A DNA stretch of 64,000 nucleotides from Nitrospirota bacterium (GCA_029858565.1 JAOUEV010000003.1:1-64000), one strand, 5' to 3'. Counted from the stretch's first letter, positions 9,984 to 21,387 are shown. A program made the numbers and translations. Notes: generated by a model not told the origin, from the letters alone.

Positions 9984-12900
9984 ATGTTGCGCTCAACGAT
10001 CACCTCATTGCTACGCGGTTCCCTGCTTGGAAAAGCGGTCCTGGCCGTGACCCTGGCCCTGCTTCCCCCCCTGGTCTCCTATTTTTTCAGTTTCCATTCA
10101 TCGGAAAACTATCTCCGCTCGAACATCCAGAGCAACCTGGCGGTCATCGCGGAATCCTACGAGGCCCAGGTCTACCAGTTCCTGAACCGGTGCCGGACCC
10201 ACGCGGCTGATTTCGCCACCGATCCCGTGGTCCGGTCCCTTCTGACGGATGTCGCGGACGGCGCGCCTGCCCCGAGACAGGCGTTGAACAGACACCTGGT
10301 GTCGTACAAGCTGCCGGTGGACCGGTCCATCCGGGAGATCCGCGTGCTCACCCTGGACGGCAAGGTCGCGGCGTCAACAGATCCCTCCCGCGCCGGACGC
10401 ACCTATGCGGATCAGCCGGAATTCACGGCCGGCAGACGGGAGCTGCATGTCGGCGAGGAGGGGGGGAATCTCTATGCTGCCGCGCCGATCAGTTCCTCGC
10501 GCACCGGCAATATCATCGGCGTCCTGGTCAATGTGATTTCGCTCCAGGACCTGAACAATATCGTGACCGGCCAGTACGGCAGACTGCTGGGCGCTCTCTC
10601 CTGGGACAAGGGGAGGCCGGCAACGCTGGAAATATACCTGGTCAATCGCGATGGCCGCATGCTGACGCGGTTCCTGCATCAGCCTGACGTCGTCGCAAAC
10701 CAGGGTATCCGCACGGCGCCGGTCGATCGCTGTCTTGCTGACCGTGACGAGTTCACCGGGATCTATGAAAATCACCAGGGCGAAGAGGTCGTGGGCGCTT
10801 CCATGTGCTTCCCCGCGCTCCAGTGGACGCTGCTTGTCGAGGCGGATACGGCCGACGTGCTTATGCCGCCGCTCCGTAAGATGCGCAGGAACATGCTGTT
10901 TGCAGCAGTCGCCGTGTTCGGCGTTCTGGCCGGACTGTTCCTCCTCTATTTCCGCACGGTCGTCAGGCCGCTTCGCGCGCTGACCGAAGCATCCCGCAGG
11001 ATCGCCGGCGGCGACTACGCGGTAACGGCGCCGATCGGATCGACCGATGAGATCGGCACACTTGCCGTCGCCTTCAACGAGATGGCGCGGGATATCAAAG
11101 GCCGGACCGAGCTTGTCCGCGCCAGCGAAGAACGGCTCAGGAAGATCCTGAACAATACCAGCGAGATCATCTACAAGGCCTCGCTCGGCGCGGATCCTCT
11201 TGCCGTCCGTTCGAGTTCATCAGCCTCCGGTGCGAATCCATCACAGGCCGGAACGCCGGCGAGTTCCTGGCCGATCCCGGCCTCTGGAGCCGCCTGGTGC
11301 ATCCCGATGATCTGATCCTGGCGCGGGCAACGACCATGGAGATAATTAACTCCGGCGCTCCCGGGACCCGGACCTACCGGATCCGGCGGAACGGGAGCGG
11401 TGAAGAGGTCTGGATCGAGGACCGGATCGTGCCCGAGATCGGCGACCAGGGCGCGGTGGTGGGATGGTGGGGCGCCGCCCGGGATATCACCGACCACATG
11501 AAGATGCTCGAGTCCCTCCGGCTGCAGACCGCGCGGCTGTCAGAGTCCCAGCGGATCGCTCATCTGGGGACCTGGGAATGGGACATGACCACCAATGAGC
11601 TGTGGTGGTCCGATGAGATCTACAACATCTTCGGTCTCCGCCCCGGCGAATTCCCCGCCACCTACGATGCCTTTCTTGAACGGGTCCATCCCGACGACCG
11701 GACGCTGGTCCGGGACGGCGTGGACCGGGCGATCCTGGACCGGCTGCCCTACGAGCTCGCGCATCGCATCCTGCTGAGCGACGGCACGGTCCTGTTCGTG
11801 CAGGAAAAAGCCAATGTGCGTTATGACATGACGGGCAGGGCCGTCAAGATGGTCGGGACGGTCCAGGACATCACGACGCGCCAACGGATGGAGGACGCGG
11901 TCCGGGAGTCGGAGCAGCGGTTCCGCGCGATCTTCAACAGCGTGCACGACGGGATCCTGGTCATCGACGCCGAGACCCGCAGGTTCTTCCTGGCCAACGA
12001 AACGATCAGCGCCATGCTGGGCTACGATCTCCGGGAGCTGGCGAACCTCGGCATCGAGGATGTCCATCCGGCCGAGGACCTGCCGTCGCTGTTCGGGCAC
12101 CTGGACAAACTGCGGGCCGGCGAAGTCACCGCGGTCAGTGAACTGCGGCTCCGGCGCAGGGATGGAAGCGATTTCTACGCCGATATCGGGGCGACCCCGA
12201 TGACCCTGAACAACCGGAGCTACATCATCGGCGTGTACCGGGACATCACGGAGCAGAAGAAATCGATGGAGGAGCTCCGCATGCTTTCCGCGGTCATCGA
12301 ACACAGCGTGAACGTGGTGTTCATCACCGACCGCGACGGGAACATCGAATACGTCAACCCGACGTTCGAGCGAACCACCGGCTGGACAAAAGAGGAGGCC
12401 ATCGGCCGTAATCCGCGCATCCTCGCGTCCGGCAAGACGACGCGGGCCGAATACGAGGAACTGTGGAACATCATATCGTCGGGCCGCACCTGGCGGGGCG
12501 CGTTCCAGAACCGGAAGAAGGACGGGCAGTACTACTGGGGTAATTCCGTGGTCACGCCGATCTCGAACGAGAAAGGCGAGATCACCCACTTTCTCGCCGT
12601 GCAGGAGGACATCACCGAGCGGAAGATCGCCGAGGACCGGCTCCAGTACCTCGCTGCCTATGACGAGCTGACCGGCCTGCTGAACCGGAGCAGATTCATG
12701 GAAACGCTCCAGGAATGGATCGGCCACCACGCCGTCTATACCGGAGAACGCGGATGCCTGCTGATCATCGACATCGACGACTTCAAGTACATCAACGAAA
12801 CGCGCGGGCATGCCGCGGGCGACGAGATCATCAAGCAGATGGGGCATCATCTTCAGTCCATGCTCGCCGGGATGGAATCATCGCTGCGCAAGGAGGCGGG

Positions 12901-13945
12901 CGGTATCCGACTGGCCCGGCTGGGCGGCGACGAGTTCGCCGTGTTCCTGCCCGGCCTTGAAGCGGCCTCGGGCCAGGAAGCGGCGGAGCGGCTGCGCGCT
13001 TCCATCGAACGATTCCGTCCCGTGGAATTGTCGGCGCCGCTCACGGCCAGCATCGGCGCCGTGGTCTACCCGGACAACGGCAGCACGGTCAAGGAGCTGT
13101 TCACCAAGGCGGACGCGGCGCTCTACCGGTCCAAGCGGCTGGCAAAGAACCAGATCCGCTTCTTCCGGGCCGAGGACCACGATCTGGAGTACGCCCACTC
13201 ACGGCTGCGGCAGAAGGAAAGCATCCAGTCCGCGATCGCCGAGGACCGGTTCCTTCCCTGGTTCCAGCCGATCCTCCGGATCAGCGACGGCGTGGTGAGC
13301 CACTACGAAGCCCTTGCCCGGCTCCGGGACCAGGACGGGAAGATCGTCTACCCGGCGGAGTTCATCGACGCCGCCGAGGCGTTCGGCCTTATCGGGACCA
13401 TCGACCGGACAATCGCGGAAAAGACCATGCTGCTCCAGCGGGAATGCGCGAAACGGGGACAGCACCTCCATTTCGGCATGAACCTCTCGGGCAAGGAACT
13501 GGGGGACGAGGAGCTCCTGGCCTACCTGCAGCAGAAGATCAGCGAGACCGGCGCTGATCCGGGGAACCTGATATTTGAGATCACCGAGACCGCGGCGGTC
13601 CACGATCTCGAACGGGCCCGGAAGTTCATCAACTCCCTCAAGTCCACGGGGTGCCGGTTTTCGCTCGACGATTTCGGCGTCGGATTCACCTCGTTCCTCT
13701 ATCTCCGTGAACTGGGCGTGGACTATATCAAGATCGACGGCTCCTTCATCCGGAACCTGCCGCACAGCAGGAACGACCAGCTCTTTGTAAAGGCGATCAT
13801 CGACGTGGCCCGGGGCATGGGCATCAAGACGATCGCCGAGTTCGTGGAGAACGAGGAGATCCTGAACATGCTGCGCGGCCTTGGGGTGGACTACGCCCAG
13901 GGGTACTTCATCGGGAAGCCGATGTCCGGGATCCTGCGTGTGTAG
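9984..13945 (+). pseudogene. Cache-HAMP-multi-PAS GGDEF/EAL protein split by one frameshift near 11200-11210
   Basis: ORF 9984 loses sense after IIYKASLGADPL while the other frame reads FEFISLRCESITG...LVHPDD (PAS) into ORF 11297; intact GGDEF, EAL and DDFG motifs. Confidence 0.85.
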
Positions 13946-13978
13946 CAGGTTAATTTCCTTCTCACCCTCAAAGAGCAA

Positions 13979-14014
13979 GGCAATTTGCCCGACAGCTCAG
14001 GCACAGTGCCTGAG
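13979..14014. promoter_or_regulatory. Tandem GGCA-N3-TGCC boxes; candidate enhancer (UAS)
   Basis: GGCAATTTGCC at 13979 and GGCACAGTGCC at 14000, 21 bp apart. Confidence 0.65.
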
Positions 14015-14066
14015 AAATCAAATCTTGCCAAAGCGAATATACCCATTAATTCAATCAGATAGATCA

Positions 14067-14082
14067 TGGCATCAAGATTGCT
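14067..14082 (+). promoter_or_regulatory. Sigma54 -24/-12 promoter of the chemosensory operon
   Basis: TGGCATCAAGATTGCT, near consensus, 72 bp before the cheW ATG. Confidence 0.8.
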
Positions 14083-14153
14083 AAATATGATGCGTCAAGA
14101 AGAACAAGCGTTCTTAAGGTCCAGAGGAATCCGGGGACGACAGGGAGGATATT

Positions 14154-14636
14154 ATGGCGAAAGATCTGCAATTGGTGGTGTTCAGCACAGGCAAGGAGCT
14201 CTACGGCGTAGCCATACAGGCGGTGCATGAGATCGTGAAGGTGCCAGAGATCACCGAAGTGCCGGACGCGCCGGTCTTTCTCGAAGGCGTGATCAACCTG
14301 CGCGGCAAAATCGTTCCGGTCATCGATCTCCGGAAGCGGCTGCGGCTCGGGACCGGCGAACGGTCAAAATCCACGCGCATCCTGATCATCGAGAACAGCG
14401 GGAAGCGGATCGGGCTGCTGGTGGATGCGGTATCCGAGGTGATCAAGGTCCCGCCCGAGGCGGTGGAGGCGCCGCCCGAGATGATCGCGTCCGTGGGCGT
14501 CGAGTACATCACCGGCGTGGTCAAGTCCGGCAGCCGGCTGATCGTGCTGATCGACCTTGGCCGGGTGCTGAACGTGGAGGATATGAAGAGGGTCGGAACA
14601 ACCGCTGAGCGGATCGCGGAAGCGAGCGCCGCCTAA
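14154..14636 (+). CDS. cheW: Chemotaxis adaptor CheW
   Basis: GVINLRGKIVPVIDLRKR, GLLVDAVSEV; RBS ggagg. Confidence 0.95.
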   Translation: MAKDLQLVVFSTGKELYGVAIQAVHEIVKVPEITEVPDAPVFLEGVINLRGKIVPVIDLRKRLRLGTGERSKSTRILIIENSGKRIGLLVDAVSEVIKVPPEAVEAPPEMIASVGVEYITGVVKSGSRLIVLIDLGRVLNVEDMKRVGTTAERIAEASAA

Positions 14637-14673
14637 GGGCTCGTTCCGGCGATAACTGATCGAGGAGGATGCT

Positions 14674-16701
14674 ATGTTAAAGGATATGAAGATCGGGAAT
14701 AGGCTGAATCTGGGCTTCGGATTGCTCGTGCTGATGATCGTGATCGTCGGCGCGAGCGCGTTCCTGGGGATCAGCAGCATCAAGACGCAAACGCAGCACT
14801 TGGTCGAGGAGGAGGGGCGTGTTGCCCGCACGGCGGCTGAGGTGCATCCGCACATTCTGAACCTCCGGAGATATGAAAAGGACGTGCTGCTGAACATGGG
14901 TTCGCGGGAAAAGGTGTCCGAATACGGCAAGAAATGGGAGAAAGAGCTTGTCGACCTGGGCGAGCTGCTGAAGTCCCTGGAAAAGGAGGAGCTGAATCCC
15001 GAGCAGACGAAGGCCCTGAAGGAGTTGGCGGAACATCTTGCCAAGTACGCCGAAGGTTTCCGGTCGGTCTTTGCAAAGATCCAGGACGGCACTCTCAAGA
15101 CCGCCCAGGCCGCGAACGCGGCTCTAGGCGCATTCAAGGATAATGTGCGCGGTCTTGAATCGTTGATCGATACTTTTGAGGACCACATCGGCGAGAACAT
15201 GAAAAGAACAGAGGCTGGCGTGATCAAGGGAGCTGAAACCACCCTCCTATTCATCGGCGTGCTGATCATCGTTTCAACGGCTATCGCTTTTGCCGTCAGC
15301 ATCCCCACCTCCAGAAGCATTGTCGTTCCGGTGAAGGAGATCGCCGAGATCGCCGACAGGATCGCAGCAGGCGACCTGTCCGTTGAGATCAAGGCGCAGC
15401 GCAAGGACGAGATCGGCATGCTGGCGGACTCGTTCCGCGCCATGGTCGTCTATCTCAAGGGAATGGCCGGCACGGCCGAAGCCATCGCGCAGGGCGACCT
15501 GCGCGGGGAAGTCACGCCCAAGTCGGATAAGGACGTGCTCGGGAACGCCTTCCACGAGATGGTATCGGGCCTCCGGTCCATCGTGACCGAGATCAAGGGC
15601 GGCGCGGACCAGATCGCCTCGGCGTCGGGCCAGATCGCCTCGACCTCGGAGCAGACGGCGCGGAACAACGAGTCCGCTGCAACGGCGGTGGAGGAGACCA
15701 CCTCGACCATGCACGAGATGTCGGCGAACATCCAGAACGTGGCCAAGAACGCCCAGAACCAGTCCTCGTCGGTGACCGAGACCTCGGCGTCCATCGAGCA
15801 GATGGTGGCGTCGATCCAGCGGATCGCGGACACGGTGAACCAGTTCGTGCAGCTCTCGGCCAAGACGAAGCAGGCCGTGGAGCAGGGCCTCGACGCCGTG
15901 GCGAAATCGGTGAAGGGCACCGATGAGATCAGCCGGTCCATCGTCCGGTCGTCGGACACCATCTCGGCGCTCGGCGCCCGGGTCGAGGACATCGGCAAGA
16001 TCGTGGACGTGATCGACGAGATCGCTGAACAGACCAACCTGCTGGCCCTGAACGCGGCGATCGAGGCCGCGCGCGCGGGAGAGCAGGGCCAGGGGTTCGC
16101 CGTGGTGGCCGACGAGGTGCGGAAGCTCGCGGAGCGGTCCGCCAAGTCGACCAAGGAGATCGCGGAGCTGATCAGCGGCATCCAGCGCGAGGCCCAGGAC
16201 GCGGTGAAGGTGATGGAAAAATCGACCCAACTCGTGGAGCGGGGCGTGGAACTGAGCAGCGAGGTCGGCAACACGCTCAAGGCGATCGAGAACAACGTCG
16301 TGGAGGTGGACCGCTATTCCAAGGAGATCGGCGCGGCAACGCAGGAGCAGTCCAGCGGCAGCACCCAGATCGGGAAGGCGGCGGAGAACCTTCGCGAAGT
16401 GACCCACGAGATCTCCTCGGCCACTGACGAGCAGGCGTCCGCCGCGGAGCAGATCGTGAAGACCATGGAAAAGATGCGCGAGATGATCCACCAGAACGCG
16501 GCGGCGACGACCGAGCTGGCCTCGTCGGCCGAGGAGCTGCGCTCCCAGGCCGAGCGGTTCCAGGACATCATCGGCAGGTTCTCGGTGGGCGACGAGGACG
16601 CGGCCGGCAAGCGTCCCGCCCGGCAGAAGGAACTGCCGCACCACGACGGAAACGGCAGAGACAAAACGCGGGGACAGCATAAGCTGATCGGAGCGGCGTA
16701 A
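14674..16701 (+). CDS. Methyl-accepting chemotaxis protein
   Basis: Two TMs, tandem HAMP, hairpin-tip motif IAEQTNLLALNAAIEAARAGEQGQGFAVVADEVRKLAERS. Confidence 0.97.
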   Translation: MLKDMKIGNRLNLGFGLLVLMIVIVGASAFLGISSIKTQTQHLVEEEGRVARTAAEVHPHILNLRRYEKDVLLNMGSREKVSEYGKKWEKELVDLGELLKSLEKEELNPEQTKALKELAEHLAKYAEGFRSVFAKIQDGTLKTAQAANAALGAFKDNVRGLESLIDTFEDHIGENMKRTEAGVIKGAETTLLFIGVLIIVSTAIAFAVSIPTSRSIVVPVKEIAEIADRIAAGDLSVEIKAQRKDEIGMLADSFRAMVVYLKGMAGTAEAIAQGDLRGEVTPKSDKDVLGNAFHEMVSGLRSIVTEIKGGADQIASASGQIASTSEQTARNNESAATAVEETTSTMHEMSANIQNVAKNAQNQSSSVTETSASIEQMVASIQRIADTVNQFVQLSAKTKQAVEQGLDAVAKSVKGTDEISRSIVRSSDTISALGARVEDIGKIVDVIDEIAEQTNLLALNAAIEAARAGEQGQGFAVVADEVRKLAERSAKSTKEIAELISGIQREAQDAVKVMEKSTQLVERGVELSSEVGNTLKAIENNVVEVDRYSKEIGAATQEQSSGSTQIGKAAENLREVTHEISSATDEQASAAEQIVKTMEKMREMIHQNAAATTELASSAEELRSQAERFQDIIGRFSVGDEDAAGKRPARQKELPHHDGNGRDKTRGQHKLIGAA

Positions 16702-16703
16702 GC

Positions 16704-17534
16704 ATGCTGACGGACGAGGAGTTCCGGCTGTTCCGGAACATGATCTACGACGAATCGGGAATGTACCTCAAGGAAGCCAAGAAGGACTTCCTGGAGCACC
16801 GCGTCCAGAAACGGATGCAGGCGACCGGGACGGCGACGCCCTACTGGTACTACCGGCACGTCACGGCGAACCGGGAAACGGAGCTGCCCTCGCTCCTCGA
16901 CGCCATGACCGTCAACGAGACCTCCTTCTTCCGGAACGGGCCGCAGATAGACCTGTTCCGGAAGAACATCATGAAGGACCTGCTGGCGCAGAAGGCCACG
17001 ACGGCGTGGCGCAAGCTCCGCATCTGGTCCGCCGGCTGTTCGACCGGCGAGGAGCCCTACACCATCGCCATATGCGTGCTCGAAGCGATCCCGGACCCGG
17101 AGAAGTGGGACATCAGGATCTTCGCGTCCGATCTGAGCATGAAGGCGCTCGAGGTCGCGAGCAGGGCCGTGTACGCGGAGCAGCGGGTGAAACACAACGT
17201 TCCCGATGAGCTGGTGCCGAAATATTTCGACCGCGTCGGGGACGGGTATCGGGTCAAGGACAACGTCAAACGGCTCGTCGTGTTCGACTACCACAATCTG
17301 AAGCACGAGAACGGCCTGACGGCGCTGGATGCGATCTTCTGCCGGAACGTCATGATATACTTTGATGAAGAAGAACAGAAGCGGGTGGTGGAGAAGTTCT
17401 ACCGCAGCCTGAATCCCGGCGGGTATCTGCTGATCGGCCATGCGGAAAGCCTTCAGGGCATGCACACGCAGTTCCAGTTCTTCTACCAGAACAAAGGAAC
17501 AGCCTACAAGAAGCCGGCGCAGGAGGGAGTATGA
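16704..17534 (+). CDS. cheR: Chemotaxis methyltransferase CheR
   Basis: TVNETSFFR, IWSAGCSTGEEPY, IFCRNVMIYF, IGHAES. Confidence 0.96.
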   Translation: MLTDEEFRLFRNMIYDESGMYLKEAKKDFLEHRVQKRMQATGTATPYWYYRHVTANRETELPSLLDAMTVNETSFFRNGPQIDLFRKNIMKDLLAQKATTAWRKLRIWSAGCSTGEEPYTIAICVLEAIPDPEKWDIRIFASDLSMKALEVASRAVYAEQRVKHNVPDELVPKYFDRVGDGYRVKDNVKRLVVFDYHNLKHENGLTALDAIFCRNVMIYFDEEEQKRVVEKFYRSLNPGGYLLIGHAESLQGMHTQFQFFYQNKGTAYKKPAQEGV

Positions 17535-17905
17535 AGGTTCTATTGGCGGAAGATGAGAAGAATTTCGGCATGGTGCTGAAGAACGAACTGGCGGACGCAG
17601 GCTACGAGGTGGACCTTGCCGCCGACGGCGTCGAAGCCGTGCTCAGGTTCATTGACAACAAGTACGATTTCGTGCTCCTGGACATCAAGATGCCGAAGCT
17701 CGACGGGATCAACGCGCTCCGGATCATGAAGAAGATCGACCGGGACGTACCGGCCATCACCTATTCGGGCAACGCGGGGAGCGGCGAGATGGCCGATTCG
17801 GTGAAGGCGGGCGCCATCCGGTGCCTGACCAAACCGATCTCGATCGCGACGCTCAGGCAGGAGATCGAAAAGCACCGGGGGCGCCGCGGCGGAGGAGAAC
17901 GATGA
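17531..17905 (+). CDS. Single-domain response regulator
   Basis: VLLAEDE, LLDIKMP, LTKP. Confidence 0.9.
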   Translation: MKVLLAEDEKNFGMVLKNELADAGYEVDLAADGVEAVLRFIDNKYDFVLLDIKMPKLDGINALRIMKKIDRDVPAITYSGNAGSGEMADSVKAGAIRCLTKPISIATLRQEIEKHRGRRGGGER

Positions 17906-19917
17906 CCGAGCAGGCCATGCAGTGGAGCGACGAAGAGTACCGGGAGCTCCGGAAGGTCTTTTTCGCCCAGACCCGCGAGATCATCGCGGACCTGCGCGAT
18001 CTCGTCATGTCGCTGGAAACGGAGCCGTCGAACGACGAAGTGCTCAAGACCGTCAAGCGCAATGTCCACACCCTGAAGGGCGATTCGAACGCCATGGGAC
18101 TGACCTTTGTGGGCGCTCTGTGCCATCGCATGGAGGACGCCCTGTCTCACGCGCTCACGACGGGGGGCATCGATCATGAGGCAGCGGACCTGCTGCTTGC
18201 GGCGGTCGATACCATCGAGCGTCTGGTCGCTTCGAGCGAGGCCGGAGGCGAGGAGGCGGGCGGCGAGGACATGCTGGCCCGGATCGACTGCTATCTCGAT
18301 ATCCACTGCTCGGGAGGGCGGAGCACGGCGCCGGCGGAGACGGCCGCGCTGACGGAGTACGAGTTGCTCCAGGTCGCGAACGCGCGGAGCGCGGGCCAGA
18401 CGGTGTTCGACGCCGAGGTGCGCTTCCACCCGCGCTGTGCCGAGCGCGGCGTGGCCGCGCGCATGCTGGCCGCCCGTGTCGCGGCCATCGGGCAGCTGAT
18501 CCGGTCGTTCCCGGCAGTTGAAAATCCCGGGATCGAGCAGGCGGCGGCGATACGCCTGGTGATCGCTGCGACGCGCGAAGCCGCGGCAATCGAACAGGCA
18601 TTGTCCCTGACCGGCATCAGTGAGAGCGTGCGGGTCGGCCTGCTCGGGGAAGAAGCGCAAACGATTTCCCGGCCTGCCGCGGGGACCCCTCTCCCGGCGT
18701 CTGCCGCGGCGCAGAACGACATGGTCCGGATCGAGGCGTCGCGGGTCGACCGCATCATGGACCTGGTGGGAGAACTGATCATCGGGCGCTCGATGATGGA
18801 GCAGGCGACGCGGGAACTCGAGGACGGGCTTGCCGCATCGGACGCCGCGGCCAGATTCTACTCCATCAACACCTACCTGGAGCGCACGGTCGGAGACCTC
18901 CAGAAGGCGGTCATGAAGATGCGCATGGTGCCGATCAACCACGTGTTCCGGAAGTTTCCGAAAATGGTCCGTGACCTGGCAGCGGAGAAGGGCAAGCAGC
19001 TCCGCCTCGAGGTGAAGGGCCGGGAGACCGAGCTCGACAAGGGGATCGTGGACGCGCTGGGCGAGCCGCTGGCGCACATCATCAGAAACCTGATCGACCA
19101 CGGCATCGAACTGCCCGGCGAGCGGAGCGTGCTGGGCAAGCCCGAGGAAGGCGTGATCGCGCTCCGGGCATTTCATGAGGGGTCTCAGTTCGTCATCGAA
19201 GCTTCGGATGACGGCCGCGGGATTGACGCGCCGGCCGTGAAGAAAAAAGCTCTGGAAAAAGGATTCATAGACGCCGCTGCCGCAGCAGCGATGAACGAAA
19301 CGGATGCCATGAACCTCATTTTCCTCTCGGGGCTCAGCACGGCTGCGGTCCTCTCCGGCACCTCGGGCCGGGGCGTGGGCATGGACGCGGTCAAGTCCGC
19401 TGTCGAATCGCTCAAGGGGTCCATCGAGATCGAGTCCGAGATCGGCAAAGGCACGCTGTTCCGGCTGCGGCTGCCGCTCACCCTTGCGGTGATCAAGGCG
19501 CTGCTCTTCCAGGTCGGCGAGCGGCTGTACGCGCTTCCGGTTTCGGTGATCTCCGAGGTCGCCAAGGTCATGGGCAGGGATCTCACGACCGTGGACGGCA
19601 GGAAGACGCTGCTGCTCCGCGACCAGGTGATCTCCATGGTTGACATCAAGGACCTGTTCCATGTTGCCGGGACCGAGGGCGAGCGCAAATACGCCCTGAT
19701 CATCGGCTCCGGCAGCCGCCGGATGGGCCTCCTGATCGACAAGCTCATGTGGCAGCAGGAACTGGTGATCAAAGCAGTGGACGAGGACATGGTCTCATCG
19801 CCCTGCGTGGCCGGCGCCTCGATCCTCGGGAACGGGAAGGTCGTGCTGATCCTGGACGAGCAGGCCATGCTGCGGAAGGCCATCGACGACGAAAAGAGGA
19901 GGCTGGCGGCCGCATGA
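17902..19917 (+). CDS. cheA: Chemotaxis histidine kinase CheA
   Basis: Hpt HTLKG, HIIRNLIDHGIE, DDGRG, SGRGVGMD, C-terminal CheW domain; RBS ggagg before ATG 17902. Confidence 0.96.
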   Translation: MTEQAMQWSDEEYRELRKVFFAQTREIIADLRDLVMSLETEPSNDEVLKTVKRNVHTLKGDSNAMGLTFVGALCHRMEDALSHALTTGGIDHEAADLLLAAVDTIERLVASSEAGGEEAGGEDMLARIDCYLDIHCSGGRSTAPAETAALTEYELLQVANARSAGQTVFDAEVRFHPRCAERGVAARMLAARVAAIGQLIRSFPAVENPGIEQAAAIRLVIAATREAAAIEQALSLTGISESVRVGLLGEEAQTISRPAAGTPLPASAAAQNDMVRIEASRVDRIMDLVGELIIGRSMMEQATRELEDGLAASDAAARFYSINTYLERTVGDLQKAVMKMRMVPINHVFRKFPKMVRDLAAEKGKQLRLEVKGRETELDKGIVDALGEPLAHIIRNLIDHGIELPGERSVLGKPEEGVIALRAFHEGSQFVIEASDDGRGIDAPAVKKKALEKGFIDAAAAAAMNETDAMNLIFLSGLSTAAVLSGTSGRGVGMDAVKSAVESLKGSIEIESEIGKGTLFRLRLPLTLAVIKALLFQVGERLYALPVSVISEVAKVMGRDLTTVDGRKTLLLRDQVISMVDIKDLFHVAGTEGERKYALIIGSGSRRMGLLIDKLMWQQELVIKAVDEDMVSSPCVAGASILGNGKVVLILDEQAMLRKAIDDEKRRLAAA

Positions 19918-20996
19918 AGCGGATACGGGTGCTCGTGGTCGATGATTCGGCCCTGATGCGGAAGATGATCCCCCAGATCCTGGCAACGGACCCGGGCATC
20001 GAGGTGATGGGCACGGCCATGGACGGCATGTTCGCGCTCAAGAAGATCGCGGAGCAGCGGCCCGACGTCATCACCCTGGACATGGACATGCCGAGGATGA
20101 ACGGGATGGAGACGCTCAAGCGCATCGTCGAGGAGTACGGCATTCCGGTCATCGTGGTGAGCTCGCTCACCCTGCAGGGCGCGGAGCTGACCTTCCGGGC
20201 GCTGGAGGTCGGCGCATTCGACTTCGTGACCAAACCAAAGGACGCGATCTCGCTGCACATCAAGGATATCAGCGATGAGCTGATCGGGAAGATCCGCGCG
20301 GCGGTCGACAATCCGCACGCGCGGCTCCGGTTCAAGCGGATCACGCCTCCCGAGGCGTTCCGCCAGAAACGGCGGCAGCCTTTCACCCGGACGGCGGAGC
20401 GGGTCCTGGCGATCGGCATCTCGACCGGCGGGCCGAACGCGCTGAGCTATCTGCTGCCGCTCCTGCCCAAGGAATTTCCCGCGGGGATCGTGATCGTGCA
20501 GCACATGCCGGCCGGTTTCACCGAGATGTTCGCGTCGCGGCTGAACTCGCTTTCGGCCATCGAGGTGAAGGAAGCCCAGGACGGGGACCTGGTCCTTCCC
20601 GGACGGGCGCTGATCGCGCCCGGGGACCGGCATCTGAAAGTGAAGCGTCTTCCGCTCGGCGCCATTGCCGTGCTGTCCGACGGCCCCGCGGTGAGCGGCC
20701 ACCGGCCGTCGGCCGACGTGCTGTTCCGGTCCGTTGCCGCGGAGTACGGGGCGAGCGCGACCGGCCTCATCATGACGGGCATGGGGTCCGACGGCGCGGA
20801 AGGCATCGGGGAGATCAAGGCAAAGGGCGGCCACACCATCGCCCAGGACGAAAAGAGCTGCGTGGTCTACGGCATGCCCAAGTCCGCAGTGGAAAAGAAC
20901 CATATACGACAGACGGTCCCGCTCGACGAGCTGGGTCCGGCGTTGACAGGATTGTTCGCACAGGAGGAGGTCGTTCATGGAACAAACAGTCGCTAA
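19914..20996 (+). CDS. cheB: Chemotaxis methylesterase CheB
   Basis: REC domain plus GISTGGP, VQHMP, TGMGSDG, VYGMP. Confidence 0.96.
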   Translation: MKRIRVLVVDDSALMRKMIPQILATDPGIEVMGTAMDGMFALKKIAEQRPDVITLDMDMPRMNGMETLKRIVEEYGIPVIVVSSLTLQGAELTFRALEVGAFDFVTKPKDAISLHIKDISDELIGKIRAAVDNPHARLRFKRITPPEAFRQKRRQPFTRTAERVLAIGISTGGPNALSYLLPLLPKEFPAGIVIVQHMPAGFTEMFASRLNSLSAIEVKEAQDGDLVLPGRALIAPGDRHLKVKRLPLGAIAVLSDGPAVSGHRPSADVLFRSVAAEYGASATGLIMTGMGSDGAEGIGEIKAKGGHTIAQDEKSCVVYGMPKSAVEKNHIRQTVPLDELGPALTGLFAQEEVVHGTNSR

Positions 20997-21387
20997 AACG
21001 GAAGGGAAGTCGTTTCGGTGCGTCATTGCCGACGACTCGGCTTTCGCTCGGAAGAATATCGCCGGTGTCGTGGCCCGGCTCGGCGGCACCGTGGTCGGCG
21101 AGGCCGTGAACGGCAAGGAGGCCGTGGACCTGTACGACAGGCTCCGTCCGGACCTGGTATTGCTCGACATTACCATGCCCTTGCAGAACGGCGTGGACGC
21201 TCTCCGGCAGATCATGGAGAAGGACCAGACCGCCAGGATCGTCGTGGTCAGCTCGATCGGCCATAAGGAGATGATCTGGAAGGCGATCACCCTTGGCGCC
21301 AAGCATTTCATCACCAAGCCCTTTGATCAGGACTATGTGGGGACGATCATCAAGTCCGTGATCGAGGGCAAGGAGACGCAGTCATGA
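20977..21387 (+). CDS. cheY: CheY-like response regulator
   Basis: IADDS, LLDITMP, ITKPF; sits between cheB and cheX. Confidence 0.8.
   Translation: MEQTVAKTEGKSFRCVIADDSAFARKNIAGVVARLGGTVVGEAVNGKEAVDLYDRLRPDLVLLDITMPLQNGVDALRQIMEKDQTARIVVVSSIGHKEMIWKAITLGAKHFITKPFDQDYVGTIIKSVIEGKETQS

Noticed and set aside
9572-10210. 212-aa ORF bridging the kinase and the GGDEF/EAL gene
   Set aside because: Overlaps both neighbours out of frame; the RBS-supported start is at 9750 in another frame.
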